Shown one piece after another: positions 33,194 to 38,869 of a stretch of 38,869 nucleotides of DNA. The position numbers were made by a program, and so were the translations under genes. Under the pieces are notes generated by a model. The model searched no databases. It was given only the letters and a program-made list of their open reading frames with translations, and was not told where the DNA came from. Source of the stretch: a virus; the UHGV virus genome UHGV-1367882; one strand, 5' to 3'. The number at the start of each line of letters is the position of its first letter. Position 1 is the first letter of the stretch.

Positions 33194-33432
33194 GCTGTCA
33201 TATCGGCTATACGGGGAGAAAGGGGCTATTATGAAAAGAATAAGCGTGGATAATGGAATGCACTGGGTATCGCCTGAAACGGCGCTAGAAACAATAGATA
33301 TAGACACTATGGCCGTATACATGGACGATGACACCCGCGAAGCAGTTCACCACGATATTGCCCCGTGCACAGATGCGGAATTTGTCGCCGAATATCTGCG
33401 CCGGGCTCCAGATGATCTGATTATCGGATAAA
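33194..33432 (+). repeat. 239-bp direct repeat, copy A (~96% identical to 34229..34467)
   Basis: Alignment by eye shows ~10 mismatches over 239 bp, including the RBS and the whole 66-aa ORF. Confidence 0.8.
33231..33431 (+). CDS. Small acidic protein, 66 aa (paralog A)
   Basis: MKRISVDNGMHWVSPETALETIDIDTMAVYMDDDTREAVHHDIAPCTDAEFVAEYLRRAPDDLIIG. No recognised domain. Confidence 0.5.
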   Translation: MKRISVDNGMHWVSPETALETIDIDTMAVYMDDDTREAVHHDIAPCTDAEFVAEYLRRAPDDLIIG

Positions 33433-33620
33433 GTGGAAGAGCTTATCCGGAAAGGCATCCAAAAAAACAACCCCTGAACGCTGCTCTAGTTTGGAGACCG
33501 GACAGCGCACAGGGGCGACCACCAACAATCAAAGACTGTCGGGGCGTCATTATTATAAACCATTCACGCCCTGGCTGTCAATGCCGGGGCGTTTTTGCGC
33601 CCCAAGAAAGGGGCAAGATT

Positions 33621-34193
33621 ATGATAAACGATAAAATGAAGCAAAGTGCGTTGAAGGACGAATACAGGAAACTACTGGCTTCCGATGTTTGGCCAACATC
33701 TCAAAAAATGGTTGACTATTGTATCAAAAACGCCGCCCGCATCGTGGAACTTGAAGGCGGCGGGTTAGTGGCCATTGAAAAGCCGCGTATGCAAAAGCGC
33801 TTTTGTTTCGGATATTCATTGAATGGCCATGATAGCGACGACTTTGACCGCGCTAACGAAATGGCGGCTTACGCCGAGAAGAGCACAGACTATTTTATTA
33901 AGACCAACATGAAACAAATAGTTGATGCAATCAAAGATTTGCACGGTGATCACGTCTATGTCGGTGTGAAATATTATACTAGCCCGGAGGATTCGCGAGT
34001 TCAAAATGTTGTGTACTTAAACTATTGGGATACCCCACGGCAAGGTTTAAAGCCTATATCTGACAATGACCGCCGCGCGATGATTGAAGCATGGAAGATT
34101 GTCGGGCGTGACTTCCGTCGTAAAATTGATACCTATCTCAAGCGATATGGATTGTCAAAGGTACAGACATGGAGTTATTGGCAGGATGAATGA
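33621..34193 (+). CDS. Unrecognised 190-aa protein flanked by the duplicated 66-aa genes
   Basis: RBS AAAGGGG. No motif recognised. Trp/Tyr-rich C-terminal half. Confidence 0.5.
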   Translation: MINDKMKQSALKDEYRKLLASDVWPTSQKMVDYCIKNAARIVELEGGGLVAIEKPRMQKRFCFGYSLNGHDSDDFDRANEMAAYAEKSTDYFIKTNMKQIVDAIKDLHGDHVYVGVKYYTSPEDSRVQNVVYLNYWDTPRQGLKPISDNDRRAMIEAWKIVGRDFRRKIDTYLKRYGLSKVQTWSYWQDE

Positions 34194-34228
34194 ATAGGTT
34201 GACTTAAACCGGAATTCGAATAATATCG

Positions 34229-34467
34229 GCTGTCCTATCGGCTATACGGGGAGAAAGGGGCTATTATGAAAAGAATAAGCGTGGATAATGGAATGCACTG
34301 GGTATCGCCCGAAACGGCACTAGGAACAATAGATATAGACACCATGGCTGTATACATGGACGATGACACCCGCGAAGCGGTACACCATGATATTGCCCCG
34401 TGCACAGATGCGGAATTTGTCGCCGAATATCTGCACCGGGCTCCAGATGATCTAATTATCGGATAAA
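34229..34467 (+). repeat. 239-bp direct repeat, copy B
   Basis: See copy A. The differences include two amino-acid changes (E20G, R57H). The rest are silent. Confidence 0.8.
34266..34466 (+). CDS. Small acidic protein, 66 aa (paralog B)
   Basis: 64 of 66 residues identical to paralog A. Confidence 0.5.
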   Translation: MKRISVDNGMHWVSPETALGTIDIDTMAVYMDDDTREAVHHDIAPCTDAEFVAEYLHRAPDDLIIG

Positions 34468-34481
34468 TCGAAATAGCAAAA

Positions 34482-34515
34482 GGGAGGGGATAACCCCTCC
34501 CTTACTGCATTTTTT
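34482..34515. terminator. Bidirectional terminator hairpin (gggagggg-ataa-cccctccc plus T-run)
   Basis: 8-bp GC stem. ttactgcatttttt on the plus side. T-rich sequence on the minus side after the arpU-like stop. Confidence 0.6.
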
Positions 34516-34843
34516 CGGTTAGTGCATCCAGCGCCATGTTATGGAGCTTATAGGCCCATTGCCGTGATTTGCCTATTGTACGGATGATCACCGGCCATTT
34601 GAGGCACCGCAAGTATCTCTGTGTAAGGACGGAGGCCAAACGCGGCGGAAGATCAGCCGATTTTAACCGCTCGTATACCTCAATACGCGCCGCTGCTTCA
34701 GCGGCCTGTAGCTCTTTCAAACGCTGCTCATACATGCCTGCGTTTTCCGGCCCACTGTCCTTCCGTGCCTGTGTGAGCTCTTCTACTTGCCTATGATATT
34801 CCAGGGGACGGCTAATCCACGTTTTCACTTCTTGTCGGGTCAT
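34502..34843 (-). CDS. Late-gene transcriptional activator candidate (ArpU / RinA / DUF1492-like, sigma-70 region-4-like)
   Basis: LPPRLASVLTQRYLRCLKWPVIIRTIGKSRQWAYKLHNMALDALTEKM. RBS GGAGGG 6 nt before ATG at 34843. It lies upstream of the packaging genes. Confidence 0.5.
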   Translation of the reverse strand: MTRQEVKTWISRPLEYHRQVEELTQARKDSGPENAGMYEQRLKELQAAEAAARIEVYERLKSADLPPRLASVLTQRYLRCLKWPVIIRTIGKSRQWAYKLHNMALDALTEKMQ

Positions 34844-35186
34844 GTCTGTCCCTCCATCCGATAATTCCCACGGATACGGCAAGGCAGCGGTCTAGTGTTA
34901 TCATTTCTTTTTCGGCTAGGCTTCCCAATAGGCAGCCTAGTTCTTTTTTTTCGATCGTCTCCATCCTGTCACATAATGCACGAATCTTTTGCCCGCGCAA
35001 GGATATATCAAATTGCATGGGATACTTAACTTTAATTGATGGGATTATAAGAGGGACAACGATGACACGGGGAAAGTATGTATTGCTCGTATTGTTTTGG
35101 ATGATCAACGCTTTTTTGGGGCACGGAATTGGATCATCTTCCGGCCATTCCGCCCAAGGGTAAGCATAGATTTCGCCCTTTTTCAT
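34812..35186 (-). CDS. MazF/PemK-family toxin-fold protein (124 aa)
   Basis: KGEIYAYPW...KKALIIQNNTSNTYFPRVIVVPLI...DISLRGQKIRALCDRMETIEKKELGCLLGSLAEKEMITLDRCLAVSVG aligns by eye along the whole MazF/EndoA length. Confidence 0.6.
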   Translation of the reverse strand: MKKGEIYAYPWAEWPEDDPIPCPKKALIIQNNTSNTYFPRVIVVPLIIPSIKVKYPMQFDISLRGQKIRALCDRMETIEKKELGCLLGSLAEKEMITLDRCLAVSVGIIGWRDRHDPTRSENVD

Positions 35187-35548
35187 ACTGCTCCTTTCTG
35201 CTGCGCGCGCGGCGTATAGATGCGGTTGTCTGTACGTTTTTCGGCTTTTCTGACCTCACCCAGCAGCTTTTCAAGCCCGCGGATTACCGCCCTGTTGGAT
35301 TCTATCCAGGTCAATATAGGGAGTGTTTCGCTCAACGTGTCTTTTGCTGCCCGGCGTTGCTGACGTACCTTTTTCAGCTCTTTCGACAACTTGGCGTATT
35401 CGTGGTAGTTATGTTCTTGTAGTTCAAGGCTGTGCAGGATATCTTGCGTCATATCGTTAGCTTCCTGTTCGGAAGCTTCTGCTATATAGTATTGTTGTTC
35501 TGTTCCCCGGAGAAAAGCCAGGAATGTATCAATTCCTTCGCTTACCAT
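35183..35548 (-). CDS. Hypothetical protein (~121 aa), ATGA-coupled upstream partner of the MazF-like gene
   Basis: RBS GGAGG then ATG at 35548. It is helical and charged. It has no MazE/AbrB or RHH motif. Confidence 0.45.
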   Translation of the reverse strand: MVSEGIDTFLAFLRGTEQQYYIAEASEQEANDMTQDILHSLELQEHNYHEYAKLSKELKKVRQQRRAAKDTLSETLPILTWIESNRAVIRGLEKLLGEVRKAEKRTDNRIYTPRAQQKGAV

Positions 35549-35705
35549 TTGGTATGCCTCCATTCCCCTTTGCAAGGCCCTGATTTCCCTTGCGCTTGTC
35601 CGAGGCGACTTGTATCAGGCACCCGATCATCAGCCCCAAGCAGGCCGACAGGGACGCCGTGGCGGCCAGCATCAGTGCAACAGCTCCAAAGGTGATGGTA
35701 ATCAT
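35529..35705 (-). CDS. Small membrane protein (58 aa)
   Basis: AAGGAGGAGGG RBS. Product MITITFGAVALMLAATASLSACLGLMIGCLIQVASDKRKG... Confidence 0.3.
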   Translation of the reverse strand: MITITFGAVALMLAATASLSACLGLMIGCLIQVASDKRKGNQGLAKGNGGIPNGKRRN

Positions 35706-35863
35706 ATGTCGCCCTCCTCCTTGGCCACCGGCATACATCTATCCGCTATTTCCGCCGCACAAGCAGCATACCCGGCTAGGTCGATATAGTTGTCGGCTTT
35801 GTAGCGTCCTGGCCTAACGCGGGCCTTCCTAAGTCGCTTAATCAGATCATCGTTATTCATCAT
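35702..35863 (-). CDS. Small basic protein (53 aa)
   Basis: AGGAGGG RBS then ATGATG at 35863. The longer track ORF overlaps Lar in another frame. Confidence 0.3.
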   Translation of the reverse strand: MMNNDDLIKRLRKARVRPGRYKADNYIDLAGYAACAAEIADRCMPVAKEEGDI

Positions 35864-36041
35864 CCGCCCTCCTGTTCCAGGCTTCGATTGCTTTCGCCAG
35901 GTTATAATAACTGTCACTTGAGAATCCGCATCCATGGCACCAAATAAAACCAGTTTCTGTATTTTCCATTTGTTGCTCATAGTCTAGGGTAAATGCAACA
36001 TTCTCACTCCCGCAAAACGGGCACGGTTTCAGTTCATTCAC
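35853..36041 (-). CDS. Lar-family restriction alleviation protein (zinc finger)
   Basis: CPFCGSENV...WCHGCGFSS. 62 aa. Confidence 0.6.
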   Translation of the reverse strand: MNELKPCPFCGSENVAFTLDYEQQMENTETGFIWCHGCGFSSDSYYNLAKAIEAWNRRADDE

Positions 36042-36252
36042 GATTAGTCCTCCTCACGAACCGGAAGCGCCACGCCTCGTCGTATAATGCCGTAACATTG
36101 GTGTCACTGTCAATGCACATTACATATAACATCTTGGGCTCTCTAGCTCCAACCGATCCGTCGTCGACAAAGTCAGGTCCCCACTCGGGCTGAAGATCAA
36201 TGCAATGGTATACCCGCTCGTTATAGACCACGTCGTATCCAGTGATGTTCAT
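36034..36252 (-). CDS. Hypothetical protein (72 aa)
   Basis: ORF in the operon between the ASCH and Lar genes. Confidence 0.4.
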   Translation of the reverse strand: MNITGYDVVYNERVYHCIDLQPEWGPDFVDDGSVGAREPKMLYVMCIDSDTNVTALYDEAWRFRFVRRTNRE

Positions 36253-36866
36253 TTTGATTCCTCCTTTAGCGCCTCGTCTCGGCTCATCCTCTCAAAATCG
36301 ATAACCCATACCCAGGGATTAGCATCCCAGCCATAGAGGGCGCGATCGGAAGGCTTGACGGTACTATCCCATAGATCGGCGAATTGCCCTACTGTAAACG
36401 CCTCGCCTACCTCCTTTAGCGATTCTTGCGGTATGCCCTCCCGGACGCATTCCGCGCCGGTTATCTCTTGCACTCGCTCCACATGTACGTCCTGCACCCT
36501 CAGAAATATCCGCGCCGCCTCCTTGGGCATATGTATGGATGGATGCCAGCCGTTGTCTCGAAAACGATCAGGCCTCATGTCACCATCTGCTTTGTAGTAA
36601 TACACCCCGCTCGGGCGGAAATTGTCGCCAGGAGTGACGGGCAGTATCGTCCATGTCTCCCGCACATACAGGATGTCAGCCATGCGGTACGGAGCTCCGC
36701 AAAGACGTTCAATGATTTTATCGTCGGGGATTTCTATATTTTTTCTCCTGTCCGGGCAAGAGAGCGCATTATCCGCTTTGTCCCACCGGATTACTCTTCT
36801 GGTAACAGTCTTTCGCCCGTCCAAAATCGCCCGGACCATCTCGGTGTTAAACAGTATCGGTTTCAT
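36249..36866 (-). CDS. ASCH-domain protein
   Basis: N-terminus MKPILFNTEMVRAILDGRKTVTRRV is characteristic of the ASCH / PUA-like fold. Confidence 0.5.
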   Translation of the reverse strand: MKPILFNTEMVRAILDGRKTVTRRVIRWDKADNALSCPDRRKNIEIPDDKIIERLCGAPYRMADILYVRETWTILPVTPGDNFRPSGVYYYKADGDMRPDRFRDNGWHPSIHMPKEAARIFLRVQDVHVERVQEITGAECVREGIPQESLKEVGEAFTVGQFADLWDSTVKPSDRALYGWDANPWVWVIDFERMSRDEALKEESK

Positions 36867-36900
36867 TCAGCTTTTCTCTCCCTTTTCCATCTGTATCAAT

Positions 36901-37077
36901 TCATCGGTTTTCGTGTATTTTCATAATAGATTCCCTAAATGATTTATTGTTTGATGATACGGTGTCCAGCGCCTCTCGCGCCAGCTGCAACGCCTGGATA
37001 TACTCTCGCGGCGCCCCTCCCGCTCTCGCGGCGTCGATGATCTCCGCCAGGTAGGACAGGGCTTCTGTGTCGTTCAT
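36901..37077 (-). CDS. Small protein (58 aa), ATGA-coupled to the methyltransferase gene
   Basis: RBS GGAGGCG 5 nt before the ATG. Not in the ORF track. Confidence 0.35.
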   Translation of the reverse strand: MNDTEALSYLAEIIDAARAGGAPREYIQALQLAREALDTVSSNNKSFRESIMKIHENR

Positions 37078-37877
37078 GGTTTCGCCTCCTTTATTGCCTT
37101 AAAGATTGGATAAAATTGTGCCGGCACTACAGCGTTGCCTAAACATCTAACTCGGTCCACCCGATGGGAAATCCCATGAGCCACTCTATCCACATTGGGT
37201 TCAGTTGGCCACCAACATCCGTGCGCAAAGAGCGGGAATTCCCGCCGCCCGTCGTCCCTTGGCTGTCTGACGCTGTCGGCGTTGTCCATAATCTGGCTGC
37301 CTGTATTAATCTCATTGCATGTTTTGTCCCTGTAAACTCCTTGCTCTCCAAGTCCCCGCACGTTGCGTCGAACGCTGTCACGGTAGGCCACAATCGCACA
37401 TCTGTCCCGCCTATGCGGGGCATCGACGGCACAAGCCGGTATAATAAACGCTTGGCAGGCGTAGCCGATACCTTCCAGGTCAGATAGCACCTGGTCGAGC
37501 GCCATACTGACGATCCCAGCAACATTCTCACCAACGACCCAAGCGGGCCTGAGATCTTGCACAACTCTAAGCATTTCAGGCCACAGGTAACGGTCATCTG
37601 CCTTGCCTCGTCGCTTCCCGGCGACGGAAAACGGCTGGCAGGGGAATCCTCCGGATATAACGTCAACTGTTCGTAGTCCTGTCCGCTCATAAAAAACCTC
37701 CTTTGTCAGCGTCCGTATATCCCTCCATCGCGGTACATCTGGCCAATGCTTTTCCAGCACCTTTGTGGGGTAATCCGCCCACTCACATTGACCGACAGTG
37801 TGGAACCCCGCACTTTCCGCGGCGAGATCCAGTCCTCCTATCCCTGTAAACAGGGATAGGTGAGTTAATATATCCAT
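37074..37877 (-). CDS. dcm: DNA (cytosine-5)-methyltransferase, orphan (no partner endonuclease)
   Basis: Motif I LSLFTGIGGLDLA. Motif IV GGFPCQPFSVAGK. Motif VI VGENVAGI. Motif X RCLGNAVVP. The short (267 aa) length implies a compact target-recognition domain. Confidence 0.85.
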   Translation of the reverse strand: MDILTHLSLFTGIGGLDLAAESAGFHTVGQCEWADYPTKVLEKHWPDVPRWRDIRTLTKEVFYERTGLRTVDVISGGFPCQPFSVAGKRRGKADDRYLWPEMLRVVQDLRPAWVVGENVAGIVSMALDQVLSDLEGIGYACQAFIIPACAVDAPHRRDRCAIVAYRDSVRRNVRGLGEQGVYRDKTCNEINTGSQIMDNADSVRQPRDDGRREFPLFAHGCWWPTEPNVDRVAHGISHRVDRVRCLGNAVVPAQFYPIFKAIKEAKP

Positions 37878-37920
37878 CGTTTACCTCCAGCGGTGCACCT
37901 TTAAACGCGTACCTCGGGTG

Positions 37921-38253
37921 TTACCCCATCAAAGCCTTACCCGCGTCGTATTCGCGGAACATGGTCATAAAATCCTCAAACCTCATGGTTACCATCCACG
38001 GCTCCCGGCTCATGCGGTGTACCACAATCGGGATATCTCCCTTTGCATCCCGGATGGACTGCTCCATAGCCGCATGGAGGTTCAGCCGCTCTACCCGCTT
38101 AACTTCGATATGTACTCCGGGGAGGCCGACCACATCATCCTCGCCTCGCCCGCTGTACTGCTGGCCCCGCTTGGTATCGTAGCCATATTCCCGGCATAGC
38201 CGGGCTACCTCACGCTCCCCGGCCTTTCCTTTGTTTCGGCTGGCTTTCCCCAC
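37921..38253 (-). CDS. Holliday-junction resolvase, Hjc-like PD-(D/E)XK nuclease
   Basis: KAGEREVARLCREYGY...YSGRGEDDVVGLPGVHIEVKRV fits the Hjc pattern GxxxE...SG...D...E-V-K. GTG start with GGAGGGG RBS. Confidence 0.5.
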   Translation of the reverse strand: MGKASRNKGKAGEREVARLCREYGYDTKRGQQYSGRGEDDVVGLPGVHIEVKRVERLNLHAAMEQSIRDAKGDIPIVVHRMSREPWMVTMRFEDFMTMFREYDAGKALMG

Positions 38254-38265
38254 ACTGTCCCCTCC

Positions 38266-38547
38266 TTAAAATGGAACATCCGGAACATAACACGCCATCT
38301 CTTTGCGGGTTACCGTTATCTCACGCGCAATAACCTCAGCTGGAGGATAATATGACCCGCACTTCATAGCGATAATATTAGCCGTGCCGTCTGTTGTTTC
38401 AAAGCTATCCCCCGATACAATGGCCTCAGCGTCCCCGCGCCTCGTTCTGACTATAATTTTTTGCCCATGTTTTAGCGTTTCACCATCACATACACGAAAT
38501 AGTCTTACGCGCTCATCGTTGCTATGCCGTGCAAACACAAGATTCAT
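38266..38547 (-). CDS. Hypothetical protein (94 aa)
   Basis: GGAGGGG RBS 6 nt before the ATG at 38547. The longer track ORF would overlap ssb. Confidence 0.45.
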   Translation of the reverse strand: MNLVFARHSNDERVRLFRVCDGETLKHGQKIIVRTRRGDAEAIVSGDSFETTDGTANIIAMKCGSYYPPAEVIAREITVTRKEMACYVPDVPF

Positions 38548-38560
38548 TATTTTCCCCTCC

Positions 38561-38869
38561 TTAAAAAGGATACATATCAGAATCATCGGTAATCTCCTCA
38601 AAATCTCCCGCATTGGCGGTGGAGAAGGCAGCTGCCGATTCCGTGGGCTGCGGGGGAACCTGTGAGCCGTAGCCCTGTCCAGAAGATGCACCGTCCCTCT
38701 TCGGTTCCGCAAAGAAAACATTGTCGGCCACAATCTCAAAAGCCGTCCGGTTGTTGCCGTCCTTGTCGGTGTATTTCCGCGTCTGGATGGACCCCTGAAC
38801 AGCTATCAGCTGTCCCTTGCGGAAATACCGGCAGACAAATTCCGCCGTGCCGCGCCAAGCGACAATATC
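38561..38869 (-). CDS. ssb: Single-stranded DNA-binding protein, C-terminal 102 codons (continues from 150..1)
   Basis: Translation from 38869 down is DIVAWRGTAEFVCRYFRKGQLIAVQGSIQTRKYTDKDGNNRTAFEIVADNVFFAEP...DDSDMYPF*. This is the OB-fold core plus the acidic SSB tail. It has no start codon and is in-frame with the fragment at 1..150. Confidence 0.85.
   Translation of the reverse strand, partial: DIVAWRGTAEFVCRYFRKGQLIAVQGSIQTRKYTDKDGNNRTAFEIVADNVFFAEPKRDGASSGQGYGSQVPPQPTESAAAFSTANAGDFEEITDDSDMYPF

Larger units (their letters stand above)
1..38869. mobile_element. Complete temperate phage genome, circular or circularly permuted, with all modules and an attP present
   Basis: Modules seen: integrase plus XRE repressor, attP with a tRNA-like core, RecT/YqaJ/SSB, terminase, portal, scaffold, capsid, fibers and holin-amidase. 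The SSB ORF runs off position 1 and resumes in-frame at 38869. Phage genes lie on both sides of int/att, which is the excised attP arrangement. Confidence 0.8.

Noticed and set aside
1-38869. Interpretation as an integrated prophage with host flanks
   Set aside because: There is no host-like housekeeping gene at either end. The int/att pair sits mid-window with phage modules on both sides. The SSB ORF closes the circle.

Overview
The window reads as a complete, circularly closed temperate phage genome of 38,869 bp. It looks Firmicutes/Clostridia-like from its gene content and its tRNA-Gln attachment site. The main evidence for circularity is that a single-stranded DNA-binding protein gene is split by the linearisation point: the first 50 codons run 150->1 on the minus strand and continue in-frame at 38869->38561. 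There are no rRNA genes, no CRISPR arrays and no complete tRNA gene.

Reading the minus strand, which carries most genes, the layout is as follows.
- Early region: replisome organizer, RecT, YqaJ-type exonuclease, three small RHH regulators and an HNH endonuclease.
- Lysogeny module on the plus strand: an XRE repressor, a tyrosine integrase, and an attP whose core is the 3' ~45 nt of tRNA-Gln(TTG), flanked by TTGGGGTAC arm-type repeats.
- A plus-strand Panacea(SocA)-antitoxin / MazF-fold-toxin pair.
- Lysis cassette: holin and an Amidase_3 lysin with duplicated cell-wall-binding repeats.
- Tail fibers and three very large virion proteins, with no recognisable tail tube, sheath, chaperone or tape-measure set.
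- Head genes: capsid, scaffold and portal.
- Packaging genes: PBSX-type terminase large subunit and a YqaS-like terminase small subunit, separated by three small genes and a 650-bp GC-rich non-coding spacer that carries two TGCCA-N4-TGGCA palindromes.
- A plus-strand 1.8-kb accessory island sits between the terminase small subunit gene and the late activator. It has its own consensus sigma-70 promoter, a leader peptide, a hairpin, an RHH gene, and two ~96%-identical 239-bp modules (each a 66-aa acidic protein) flanking an unrecognised 190-aa protein.
- Then come an ArpU/RinA-like late activator, a second MazF-fold toxin with an unrecognised upstream partner, and an anti-restriction cluster (Lar, ASCH, orphan Dcm).
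- The circle closes with an Hjc-like resolvase and the SSB gene.

All functional calls rest on motif and architecture recognition by eye. No database searches were run.
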